Shown: piece by piece, positions 11,520 through 23,748 of the stretch
Layout of the letters: the number at the start of each line of letters is the position of its first letter
Position numbering within the stretch: the first letter of the stretch is position 1
Assembly: GCA_025603075.1 (NCBI GenBank)
Contig: MU626364.1
Span: 1 to 64,000 of the forward strand
DNA: 64,000 nucleotides
DNA from: Neoconidiobolus thromboides FSU 785
Taxonomy: Eukaryota; Fungi; Entomophthoromycota
Direction of reading: 5' to 3'
Translations under genes and position numbers: made by a program
The notes under the pieces: generated by a model
The model's input: only the letters and a program-made list of their open reading frames with translations
What the model was told of the DNA's origin: nothing
Database searches by the model: none

Positions 11520-13769
11520 TTAGATTCTCTTTGGTACAATGTTAAATACCATTGAGATAAAAGTTAAAATGTTTGTTTTGATTTCAATGTAAAGTCCAGT
11601 TGGTAAACCACAACCAGTGCAAGCATGGCCAGTATTATTAGTAACTTGTAAAAGGGAAGGATGTTGGCTATATTTGTACATAGATTGAATCTTGGCAGCT
11701 AATTTCATTGAGTGTAAAAAGGAGACACGATCATCATGGGTACCGGTATTAATTAATACTGGTGGATATGGCTCGTAAGGACGGACGTTATGATATGGTG
11801 AGAAAGTTAAGATGTTACGGAATTCAGTTGCATTATTGATAGCATCACCAAAATCATCAAACCATCCACTTCCATCATGGAATAATTGGTATCTAGTTAA
11901 ATCCATAACACCAACATCAGTTATGACAGCTCCAAATAACCATGGATTTTGTACTAAAGATACTGCTGATAATGTACCACCATTAGAACGACCATTGACG
12001 ACAATTTTACTATGTTGAGTGTATCCTTCATCACATACCCATTGTGCTGCAGCATAAAAATCGTTGTATGAGTTTTGTCTCTTCATACGAGAACCATCTT
12101 GATGCCATTTTAAACCATTTTCACCACCACCTCTGATATGTGCGATAGCAATCATCACATCAAAAGATTGTAATAAATTTAACCAATGAGCATTTACTGA
12201 AGCAGTGTTGATAGCATTGAAACCACCATAACCATGTAAATACAAAAAGTTATTATTGTTCTTTTTGATACCCTTCTTGTGTACTAAAGTAATAGGAACA
12301 ACGTTGCTATCCCATCCGTAATAATATTCAATTCTAGTTTCGAATAAGTCTGGATTGATACCTGGTAATGAGTTTCCAGTTGCAACCAATTTATTTTCAT
12401 TTGTACTGCTGTAGATATCAAATTCATAAGATTTAGATGAATAGAAGAAATCACCCATTGAATATGAAATTTTGGTTTCATTTTCTTCAATTGTGAAGTC
12501 ATTCAATGAGCCAACTGGCAATTGGACGCTCTTGACTTCCTTTTCAATTTTATCACCATTAATTGAGAACACTTTAATGTGATAATAAGCTGCCTTAATA
12601 TAAGATGCTGCTACTATTTTCTTTCCAAATACAACTGATTGTAACCCAAATCCTTTTTGCTCAGGCAAATAATCTTTAGCGTTCTTTAAGTCTTCAAAAG
12701 AACCTTTAACTACTTTAAGGTAAGGTGCGTTACGGGAAGTCATAAAGTAATGAGTCTTGGAATCAATTGATTGTAAGTAATCAGTGGATCCATCCATTTG
12801 TTCAGTAGCTTTGATGAAATTAGGTCTTGCTAAGATACCATTCTTGTTAGATTCAGTAGCATCGGCGTAATAAGTCAAAGATATTGGCTCGGTGGATCTA
12901 GCAACTGAAACAACAAGATATTGGTTGTCGTTGCCAGCATAGCTAAGAGAATATCCTAGTCTAGTATCTTCCTTATTTTCAAATAATAACAAATCGTCTT
13001 TTTGTTGAGTACCAATACGATGATACCATAATTTATTATCAACACCAGGCATAGTGTCAATACCAGCATTCTCTAATGGCGTATCTTTTGGTGCTGGGAA
13101 GGTAGAGAAAAAGAAACCTTTGTTATCAGTTGACCAAGTTACAGATTCGTCACGAGTCCAAACTAAAGATTCTAACTTGGTGAATTTTTCATTGTTTTCA
13201 TAAACATCAAACACAGTCCAATCGGAACCTTTACGGGAGTAAGCAAGAACGACGTATTTATCATCAGAAGAAAATGAAGTAAAACGAATAATTCCGGTTT
13301 CACTTGGAGAAATAAGATTAGGGTTAAATAATTCTTCAGGTTTGGCATCTAAGGAAGATTTACGATATAAAACAGAGTTCCCTTGTAAAGATTTTCTTTC
13401 CAAATAATAGTAATAATCCCCATGCTTACTTGGCTCTTCGACTTCAGGAGCGCTTAATAACTTTTTAAAGTTATTTTCAATTATCGATTTGTGTGGACTT
13501 TGTTCAAGATAACTGTTTGTAAAGTCATTGTTTTTAGTCCAAAACTCAGTTGTTTCTGCGCTTGTTTGATTTTCTAACCAACGGTAAGGATCACGGATAA
13601 CTTTACCATGCATCACATCGTATGTATTGGAGTCATACTTGGCTGCTGGGTAGTTCCATGGTAAGCTCATCTTATTGGTAGATGAAAGTACACGCCCATC
13701 ACGTGCCACATCTTGACTGGTGACCAAGGATAAAACGGTCAAAACAAACACCTTTTGGAAGCTCATCAT
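11520..13769 (-). CDS. Prolyl oligopeptidase (S9A) paralog 2 with a predicted signal peptide
   Basis: DPYRWLE, HGYGGF, GRSNGG, HDDRV, TGHACTGCGLP; colinear with paralog 1. Intronless, 749 aa. Confidence 0.93.
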   Translation of the reverse strand: MMSFQKVFVLTVLSLVTSQDVARDGRVLSSTNKMSLPWNYPAAKYDSNTYDVMHGKVIRDPYRWLENQTSAETTEFWTKNNDFTNSYLEQSPHKSIIENNFKKLLSAPEVEEPSKHGDYYYYLERKSLQGNSVLYRKSSLDAKPEELFNPNLISPSETGIIRFTSFSSDDKYVVLAYSRKGSDWTVFDVYENNEKFTKLESLVWTRDESVTWSTDNKGFFFSTFPAPKDTPLENAGIDTMPGVDNKLWYHRIGTQQKDDLLLFENKEDTRLGYSLSYAGNDNQYLVVSVARSTEPISLTYYADATESNKNGILARPNFIKATEQMDGSTDYLQSIDSKTHYFMTSRNAPYLKVVKGSFEDLKNAKDYLPEQKGFGLQSVVFGKKIVAASYIKAAYYHIKVFSINGDKIEKEVKSVQLPVGSLNDFTIEENETKISYSMGDFFYSSKSYEFDIYSSTNENKLVATGNSLPGINPDLFETRIEYYYGWDSNVVPITLVHKKGIKKNNNNFLYLHGYGGFNAINTASVNAHWLNLLQSFDVMIAIAHIRGGGENGLKWHQDGSRMKRQNSYNDFYAAAQWVCDEGYTQHSKIVVNGRSNGGTLSAVSLVQNPWLFGAVITDVGVMDLTRYQLFHDGSGWFDDFGDAINNATEFRNILTFSPYHNVRPYEPYPPVLINTGTHDDRVSFLHSMKLAAKIQSMYKYSQHPSLLQVTNNTGHACTGCGLPTGLYIEIKTNILTFISMVFNIVPKRI

Positions 13770-15233
13770 TAATTAACTTAAAAAGAGTAAAGTCTTAAAA
13801 GTGAAATATCAATGTTTTTATACTTTTCCATGAGTATGTATAATAATTAATTTATTGCTATATAGAGCAAGAACTGTGAACAAATATTGGTAACAATAGT
13901 TAAAATATTAAATTGTACCATCAAATAAAGGGTCTATGATGGAACATTCAATTTAGAATTTTGAAAATCCCTTTTTTAATTTAGTTGCACCACTTTTAGT
14001 AAAATAATAAACTATTCATTTACTTTTTAATAAAACTGGTTCAAGACTACGAATTAAAAAATAATTTGATTGTTTGTTGCTTTTTATACTTTTAAACTTA
14101 CTTAAAATATAAAATATATTAAATTTGATTGTTATTGGTGACATTCTGATATTAAATATGATATAATCTTAGGAGAAAGCATTGATCGTATTCAAAACTT
14201 AAACTCAAAGTTTTGTTTATTCTTTTGGGGTATTTTCTTAAAGTTTTTGTCCAAAATATGATTTTCCGCTATAAATAACTACAATAGAATATTAAATTAA
14301 GTAAACTAATACATCTTTCTACTGCCTCAAGTCATAACTTCTCAATATTACAATCATCTTGGAATATTATATTGTTACAAACAAAACTGTTCATTTTAAT
14401 TTTTACTATGTAGGAAACATTTGAATTTTTATAGGTTAAAGTGAGAATAAAATAAAATCATTGCATATTTAAAATCGCTAAATATCCAATTTGACGAATA
14501 TTCCAAGAAACTCAACCTTCTAAATATTAAGGTTTATTAAGAGGTGAAATTGGCTTGTTAATATCGGTGTAAACTACTTTATTATATGAGTTAGTTTATG
14601 TTAATAAAATTAAGCTAAGTGCATAAATATATTGAATATATATAAGTCATCTAAATAAAAATCTATATTAAATTATCTTTTCCCTTTAAAAGCTTTTATG
14701 TTTCAAAATTAAAGTCTATAAGTGTAATTGTATTCAATTTCCGCTTTGAATAACTTATTTTTTAACATCGTTACATCAGCTTTTATATTATTAACTTGGA
14801 TTTAAAAGAGCTCCGATTTTAAGATGTTAAATATTTCATTAAAATAGTACTATTTTATTTAAAATAATGTTTATAAATTATTTGTGTATATATATAATTA
14901 TGGAAAGGGCTAATTTAAAAAAATTCAGGTGACTTAGTTATTAAAAACAAACAAATAAAAAACTATAGTTAAATGTTAATAAACGATGTTTAAATTTGAA
15001 ATTTTATTAAAAATAAAAACTAAGACTCAGTTAAACTATATTTATAAATAAGCTATTATTTTAATCATTTAAGTTATAATTATTAAACTTGTTGATAACA
15101 AATTAAAGATAGCAAACAAAAATATGTGTAAAAACTCTGCTATTTTAAAAAAATACAACTTTTTAATTTTAGTTTAGTATTAGTTTATGCTAAGTCTAAT
15201 GTGCCTGTATCTGGTTAATTTACAGGTAGATAT

Positions 15234-15327
15234 GGGGATGTATTTTTTTGTTTAAGAATTTTACTGCAATCTTTCCACTCAAGTAGCGCTTAAAAATGGA
15301 AAAATAATGAAACCAAAAAATAGTCCT
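15234..15327 (+). mobile_element. MITE copy
   Basis: ATAT|GGGGATGT...AAAATAGTCCT|ATAT. Confidence 0.8.
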
Positions 15328-15839
15328 ATATGTTTGTTATAAAGCTGATTTACTGAATCCTGAAATTTATAAGCTTTTAATAATTTATTTAAACACTAAC
15401 AAAAGTAACAAAAATTAAATAATTTATATTTTGGCTTAAAAATAAATATCAGTTTTTATTTAAAAATTCAAATTATTTAATATAGATTTTATTCAAAAAA
15501 TACTTTATTAAAATTATCAATATATAGCATATATATTGACTTGTTATAACAAAACTTTCTAATTTAGTTGATAAATGCTTTAAAGATGCTATTACCCTTA
15601 ATTTTATGTCTATTAGTTATGAAGTTAGCTTATAAATATAAAACAGTCAAAAACTATATATAAAAATTAGACCTATTATCATAATAAAATATCATTTATA
15701 AAAGGATGTTAGCTTTAATTTATTTTCAAAATAATACTGTAGAAATTTTAATAATCTATCAGCTCTTTAATTATATTACTATAATTTGAAACTAATAATA
15801 CAAATTTATAAAATTTAACACTTGGCTATGTATGTAATT

Positions 15840-15912
15840 GCCTGGCTAGCTCAATCGGCAGAGCGTGAGACTCTTAATCTCAAGGTTGCGGGTTCGACCC
15901 CCGCGTTGGGCT
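15840..15912 (+). tRNA. tRNA-Lys (CTT), intronless
   Basis: 73-nt cloverleaf GCCTGGC..TGAGA CTCTTAA TCTCA..GGTTCGACCC..GTTGGGCT, followed by a T-run terminator. Confidence 0.97.
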
Positions 15913-16059
15913 TACTTTTTAAATTAAAAATAATATTTTATTAAGTGATTTTTAATTAAAAAACTTGAGTAGTTAAAAACTAAACTATCATAATATAAAA
16001 TTTTCATTGATGTTAATAAAATATATTTTATTTGAATATAAAAAATTATGCCTTCGCTC

Positions 16060-18092
16060 TTAATATAACTCTAACACATATCTTTCCTCTTCCTTTAATT
16101 CTTCAATTAATTCTAATGCCTTCTTTGAGTCATATCCTTTTGTCAAACAAATTGCTTCTTTGACTGCATTTCTAACATCTAACTCAGGCCAAGTTGGACC
16201 ACAAAGATAAAAGTGAGCTTTCTTTTCCATAATCCACTCATTTAAGTATTGTTTATCTTGTTGCATTAAATTTTGAATATAGACCTTTTCCTTTTGATCT
16301 CTAGAGAAAGCTAATCTTAAATACTTTAATAATTCTTGTTGATGATAATCATCTAATTCATCACCATAAAGATATTCTTGTTGTCGATATCGAGATCCAA
16401 AATAAAGGGCCATTGGACCAACATTATGTCCTAGTTTTTGAAGATGATACCGTTCTTCAATAAACGCTCGGAATGGGGCCATTCCAGTACCTAATCCAGC
16501 CATAATAATTGGTTGGTCATCATTTGGTGGTAATTTCATAACACTAGGTTTAATAGCTACAGTGAGTTCTTCATTGATTTGTAGCTGATCTAAATAATGA
16601 GTAGCTAAACCATTACGTAAACCATAAGGAGTGTCCCAATGTACAGTAACTACTAGTAAGTGAACTTGATTAGGATGTACTTTATTTGAGGAAGATATTG
16701 AATAATGACGTGGTTCAATGGTAGGGATTAACTGAATTAAATCAGAAACATCTAACTGTATGGATTTATATTGATTGAAGATATCAAAATAACTAACAGA
16801 ATTAGCTAAATTAAATTTATATTCTTCTTCACCTTCTTTTTCACTTAATTTTAGTAAATGTTGTTTCTCATTATTATCAATAGCATAATTAGCTACATTC
16901 TTATAAAACAATTTATTAGGTTTACCGAATAAATCTAAATGTTGAGTTAATACTTGCCACCCAGTACGATAATAAGAAATAGTTGAATCTTCTTCATTCA
17001 ATAATTTTACAATTCGATCTTTATCAATATTAGGAAATCTCAATAATAGTAATTCAACTAAATTAGCTGGATTCTTGGGATAAACTGCTAAAGCATCCCC
17101 AATTTCATATTTTAATTGTTGGTTTGGTAAACTATCAAATTCTAAATGAAATACATTTCGATCATAATCTAATGGAGTTAAACGTTGTCGATGACTTAAC
17201 TTCAAAATCATGGGATTTTCGATATCTGGTCGAAGTATTTGCTCAGGTTCATAAATCTCTTTAAAAGCTAAATTCCATTTTAATTGTAAATTATAATTTA
17301 ATAATTGATTTTTCTTATTCAATATAGATATTTCTTTTGATGTATAAAAATTTAATTGTATCTTTTCGTCAACATTTATTACTTCTGACTGTATATTGAT
17401 AGGTAATAACTGTTGCTCTATTCCTTTTTTATATAATTCTATTTGCTCGTTAGAAATATTATATTCTTTTTGTATCCAAGATTGTAATTTAATATCTTTA
17501 AAATACCATAATAAACTCAATAAAATTCGAAAGTCTTGTTGATTATTATTAATTCTTAAATGATAATATTGAATTTGATTATTATCAATCTTTAATCTTT
17601 CAAATAATTTATTGTAATGAAGATTTTGATCCCCTAATAAAATAACTACTTTAACATGGGGATTCAATTTTAAATATAACGGTAATTTATAAAATTGATT
17701 GAAATTTAGATACAATAATTCATTTGGATTACTTGTAATTGTATGTTTATTATATTGATAATTAATAATAACTTGATGGGATTCAAAATGAACATTATTA
17801 ACACTTTCTTTTGTTGTACGTGTTAACAATTTATATTCTTTTTTTAATTTATTAAACGTTGAATTATTATAATTGAACTCATTATTTAATTGAGTTTCTT
17901 GAATTAATTGAAACTTAATAGCTAACTCATTATTATAATTTACTTCCTTAACATAATTTGTTTTGTTTAATTCATAAATTTTTTGTTTCATTTCAACAAA
18001 ATCTACAGCTTCTTTTGATAAATCAATATTGAAATTTAATACTTTAATTTTGGTATTGAATTTATATACTAAACTTAATAAATAATAATATA

Positions 18093-18129
<37 letters not shown>

Positions 18130-19119
18130 TTCTTCATCGGTATATTCAATTATAATAATTTTTTTATATTGATTTTTTTGTAATAGCTCGATTATTTTCT
18201 CTTTTACTACTTCATCTTCAAAAGCAACAATATTTAAAAGATCACTGTTGGTCTTCTTATCATTTAATATTAACTTCAATTGATCTATAGGTGGTAAATT
18301 AAATCCAATAATTAAATTATTGCTATTTTCATTATATTTAATATACTCTAATGCTTGATATTTTCTATTAGTTAACTGAAAATAAATATCAGTTAATTGA
18401 TTAAATGAATTAAGTTGTTTATCTTTACTTTGATTATAGAGATACTTAACTTGTTCGTTATTTAATTTATCAATATCACTAACTGTATATTCACTTTGAG
18501 AAAATAAATTGAATAGAAATATATGATGTCTTAATTCATTCTTATTAACTTCTCTTTCTCTCTCATACCATATAGCATTTAATACTGCCAAATCATAATC
18601 TTCCTGTTGATTACTACTAAAGATCAATTTATCTATTAACCTCACATTTTGAAATAACGCTTTTTTACTCGATTTCAAATCCAAAAGAAATAATAACTTA
18701 TTTAACTTGTTAAATTGTGGTAAATAATTAAAATAATCATCTGAATCTCCTGTAATAGCTATACTTTGATTTGGTGAAAAAGGTGATAAGTGATCGTGAG
18801 ATAAAGTAGATTTAGTTATTACTTGATGTTGAATAGGTTGATCAAAGACATTCTTCTCTAACAATGTATTTTGATTTAACGTATGATCAAATAATATAGT
18901 AATAAAATGATGAGATGCAGTTAAGATATAGTCGTAACTAGTGGAAGAAGAGAATGGGATAATAATAGATTGTTGATGAGTTGAATTTTGCTCACTTTCC
19001 GGAGTAGTTAAAGTGTAACTAGATATAGACTCTAAACTTGGCTCTCTTTTCAAATCTAATTCATAATCTAATTGACTATTTAACTTCACTGTATCTAAAG
19101 ATAATACTTCGGTTACCAT
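16060..19119 (-). CDS. MET10: Sulfite reductase [NADPH] flavoprotein alpha subunit
   Basis: C-terminal FAD/NADPH module: RHYSISSS, MAGLGTGMAPFRAF, YFGSR, FYLCGPTWP, ending ERYVLELY. 1019 aa, a Met10-like length; intronless. Confidence 0.88.
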
Positions 19120-19767
19120 TTGTATATGTAATAATACTAATTTAACTTATAATATATATAATAATGAGAAATATATAAAGTATAAGTTATAAATTTATAA
19201 ACAATATATATATTTTATTTTTTTATTTCTAATAAATTTTTGTTTTTATATATTTATACTATTGAAAATTTATCAATGGCATCACCAACATATAAAATTT
19301 AAAATTTCTAAATTTAATGACCTAATTTTAGTTGATTATTTTGAAATCTGAATCAAACCTTATCTAAAATCATCTCCTTAATTTTAATGTTTATTATTAA
19401 TCAAGATAAGTTTTAATTAAACATTATTATTACAACAAAACTATAATTATCTTTATATTATCAATACAAGTCTAATTTCATTCCTTTACTCTTCATTAAT
19501 TAACCGCAGTACTCCCTATCTAGCAATATAAAAATGGCAAATATTTTAACTTCTAATATACCAGATTTAACAACTTTCATTTCATCTAACAAAATTTATC
19601 TCTTATAATTGGTTAACTTAATTCAAGATTTGACATTAAATTTTACTTATGTAAGCTTAATAAAAAACTCAATTTAAAAATAAATCAGAATTCAATTAAC
19701 ACTTAATCTTTAATACAGTATTTTAAAAAAATAGTTCATTCAATAAATTGTTTTAAAACAAAAAAGA

Positions 19768-20312
19768 ATGTCACAACTACCTAAAATACAACGCTTATCT
19801 ACCGAAGTCATCAATCTCATTTCTGCTGGTGAAGTGATCCAACGACCAGCCAATGCCATTAAAGAATTAATCGAAAATTCATTAGATGCAAACTCAACCT
19901 CGATCATCCTCACTATCTCTGAAGGTGGTTTAAAATTATTACAAATACAAGATAATGGTTGTGGTATTTCATCCGAAGATTTAATTTTAGCATGTGAAAA
20001 ATATACTACTAGTAAAATTCAAGGGTTTGGGGATTTAAAGAGATTACAGAGCTTTGGTTTTCGTGGAGAAGCATTGAGTAGTATGGCTAGTATTGGGAAG
20101 GTATGTATTGTTTCAAAAATAGAAAAGGAAGAGGTGGCTTATAGGTAAGTAATGGAGAGAAGTGGGAAGTTTAAGTTAAATTTTAATAGTTTTTATCTTA
20201 TTTTAGAGCTATTTATAAAGAAGGTAAGATTCAAGGGTTACCTCAACCTTGTGGGGGTGTTCAAGGGACTAATATCAAGGTAATATAATAAAATTAAAAT
20301 TAGTAATTTTTA

Positions 20313-20351
<39 letters not shown>

Positions 20352-22621
20352 GATAGAAGATTTATTTTATAATTATCCATTACGTAGAAAAGGGCTTAAA
20401 TCAACTAATGAAGAATATCAAATGATCTTAGATATAGCTAATCGGTATGCTGTTCATTCTGAAAACATTCATTTTAGTTGTAAAAAAATGAATAGTACTT
20501 TTCCAGATTTACAAATTAGTAAAAATATGACAAAGAAAGAAAGAATTGGAAAAATTTATGGTAGAAGCATTGGACAGGATTTAATAGAGGTTAAAATAGA
20601 AGATAATATACTGGGGATTAAATGTGAAGGTTATATTACAGGGTTGGGGCATAAAGGAAAGAAAATGGGGTTTTTGTTGTTTATTAATAATAGATCAGTA
20701 ATGTGGAATAAGTTGAAAATAGCTATTGGGAATATTTATAATGGGTTATTGATGAAAGGTAATTTTCCTTTTGTATACTTGAGCCTTGTATTACCACCAG
20801 AAGATGTGGATGTCAATGTTCATCCGACTAAGAAAGAGGTAAGGATATTTTATCTGATAAGACAATGTCTTCAATTAATTTTAATGTTAGGTTTATTTTC
20901 TAAAAGAAAAAGAAATATTAAATTTAATAATAACTCATTTAACGGAAAAATTGGAAGAATTGGGAACAACTAGAGGATTTCAAACTAATGTAAGTTTTAT
21001 ATTAAATGTAAATTTAGCTATTTAATTATTTTGCTTTTGTTATAGATATTGGGTACTTTAACCCCGGTTAATTCATCTTCAACTAAAGTCAAAGTAGAAG
21101 AAGATAGAATCAAACAAGAAAGAAATGAACTAAATTTATCAACTTTAACTAATAATAACACACCGATAAAAGAAACAAATCAATCATCATTACAACTTCA
21201 ATCAATAATTAATTTCAATAATTCATTTAATGCATCAACTAATTTTAGTCAAAGTATCAATCAGTCTAATACTTCCTTTAATAGAGATAATTCCTTTTTA
21301 AACACAACGACTAATAACACTAATAATACTAAGTTAATTGCTCCATCAAAAAGAAGGGATAATTATTTAATACGTACAGATCATCAACTACAAAATTTAA
21401 ATGCATTTTATCAACCCAAGTTAAGTCTAAGGGAAAATAATAAGGAAAAGGAAAAGGAAAAGGAAAAGGAAAAGGAAAGAGAGGATGGGTTTATTCAGAC
21501 GAGTATTTTAGTAGAGAGGAATAAAAATAATAAGGAAGGGATAGTGGGAGATAGGATTTTGTTGACAATTAGTGAACAAAATAAAAGTAATGTAAATGAA
21601 CAGCTTAATCCTACTGTAAACGAGTTACCAATTACTTCAATAAACAATAAAAGGAAACGGGTATTAGTAAGATTAGAAAGTGTATTACAACTAATTAATG
21701 AGTTTAAAATGGAATGTGATTATGGTAATTTATTATTTTATTATTAGACAATGTTTTGTTAATTTCTATTTTAAAATTTTTAATTTAGATATTAAAAATA
21801 GATTACAAGAACATACAATGGTAGGTAAAGTAGATTGTAGAAGAATATGTGTTCAATCTGGAACTGGATTGTACTTATTAGATGTTTGGAAATTAAGGTG
21901 AGAATGATTATTGTATCATAATTTATAATCTATATTAATTTCTTATTTTTAATTTTTAATTTCTAATTAGTTATGATTTATTTTATCAATTAACTTTACA
22001 AAATTTTTGTAATTTTTCTACTATTTTATTAAAAACCCCAATGTCAATTTATGATGTTACAAAAATGATAATAAACTCCAGTAAAATCAAAATAGTCTTT
22101 TCAAAAGAGATAATGGAATATGATGATTTAGCAGAGGGATTAACTCAATTTTTAATTCAAAAGAGAGATATGTTATTAGAATATTTTAGTATTGAGATTA
22201 ATGAAAAAGGCTATTTGACTCATTTACCTTGCTTATTAGAGAATTACATACCCTGTGTGTATAAAATTCCTTTGTTTTTAGTTAAATTGGGAACAAAAGT
22301 AAGTTATTTATATTATATTACTCTATTGATAAAATGTTTTAAATTTAAATTTAAATTATTCTATTCCTATAGGTTAATTGGAATGAAGAAAAGAGTTGTT
22401 TTTATACATTAAGTCAACAGTTAGCATGGTTATATCAATTAGAACCAAATCCTAAAGTAGATAATGAGGATAATGAAACAAGGGAAATGAAACAATATTA
22501 CTGGCAAATACAGTATTTACTATTACCTCAATTTAAAAAGGGCTTATTTTACCCAAGGAAAGAAGGGGTAACTATGTTGACTTCTTTACCAAAACTGTAT
22601 AAAGTATTTGAAAGGTGTTGA
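19768..22621 (+). CDS. MLH1: DNA mismatch repair protein MutL homolog 1, multi-exon
   Basis: GEVIQRPANAIKELIENSLDA, DNGCGI, TTSK, GFRGEALSS (GHKL ATPase); VDVNVHPTKKE; C-terminal LYKVFERC*. Confidence 0.95.
20315..20348. repeat. (AAT)~11 microsatellite in an MLH1 intron
   Basis: Direct reading of the sequence. Confidence 0.9.
21442..21477 (+). repeat. (AAGGAA)6 coding repeat giving (KE)6 in the MLH1 linker
   Basis: Direct reading of the sequence. Confidence 0.9.
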
Positions 22622-22686
22622 GGTGGACGAGTGGGGGAGGTATTTATTATGAAATAAAAATATAGGATTTTTGTTTATTGATTTTT

Positions 22687-23626
22687 TTATTTGTTTAAAT
22701 TAAGTTGAACCATTTCTACTATTGTGTCTACTGAGGCCATAGCACCAACACCTAAAAATAAAAATAAATCAATAATTTTTTTTAATAATGTCCCATAAAA
22801 AATAAAACTTACCTAAATCCCCACAAGCTAGTAATTTACTTGTTGGTTCAATAATTTGAACATTTAATTTTTGTTTTAACACGATTAAATGTTCTTGTGT
22901 AAATGGATTATTCCACATTAAAGTATTCATAGCTGGGGCTATGATGATTTTTTTACTTTGGTCTTCAATATCCCAAGCGCGTAATATGGAAGTCTAAGAA
23001 AAAAATAAAAGAAATAGGTTCTATAAAATCAACGGAATGATATATTGATTGTTATTATTGTAGTTATTGATATAAAAACTTACTAATAAATTATCACACA
23101 TGCCATTAGCTATTTTTGCTAATGTATTAGCATCCAATGGGGCTATTAAGAATAGTGAAGTCCATTTACGTAACTTTATTAACGATAAAATTAGTAAGTT
23201 GAATTAATATTGTCCCATCATAATTACTTCAATATGTTGTACTGGATCTCCGATTTTATTCCAACTCTATTATTTTAACATATATAATTTTGTCAATAAT
23301 ACTTAGAATACAATATCATACAATATCTCTTTAATTTACCTCCCACTCATACTTGTCATCATAAATATTAATTTCGATCTCACTATTTCCGACTGTTAAA
23401 TATAGTCCATCAGTATTCTTTTGTATATAATCTTTATAGAAATGTTTTGCTGATTCTGTGGTGACGATTTTGATATTATACTATTTTGAAGAAGCGGGTT
23501 AGGGTTAATTGACCTTGATGTGAGTAATAATAGAGCTACTTTGTTTTTTTTAACTAATTCTTCTACTAATAAGGGTAATTTGATTGATGCTACACTACCC
23601 GTTACTCCTATTAATAAATTTTGCAT
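22687..23626 (-). CDS. Phosphopantothenoylcysteine decarboxylase (HFCD flavoprotein, HAL3/CAB3/PPCDC family), 6 exons
   Basis: LLIGVTGSVASIK; PVQHIELRKW (catalytic His); APLDANTLAKIANGMCDNLL; APAMNTLMWNNP; LACGDLGVGAM (catalytic Cys). Both active-site halves are in one chain. Confidence 0.92.
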
Positions 23627-23748
23627 TTTAGAAGAGAAATCAATGATTGACTTTTTTTTTAAATTTAGTAATTTTATTTTCCAAAGTAAATTATAATTTC
23701 ATCACAAATTTTATTCTCATTTCCTTACATTTCAACCTTCAAAAAATA

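Noticed and set aside
9791-12502. Short ORFs overlapping the POP genes (9791, 9886, 10289, 11812, 12284)
   Set aside because: Alternative-frame or antisense shadows of long conserved CDSs
3830-13769. MSDIN/POPB-type cyclic-peptide RiPP cluster
   Set aside because: No short precursor with an MSDIN-like leader and Pro-flanked core was found, and the POPs look secreted, unlike POPB; kept only as a hypothesis
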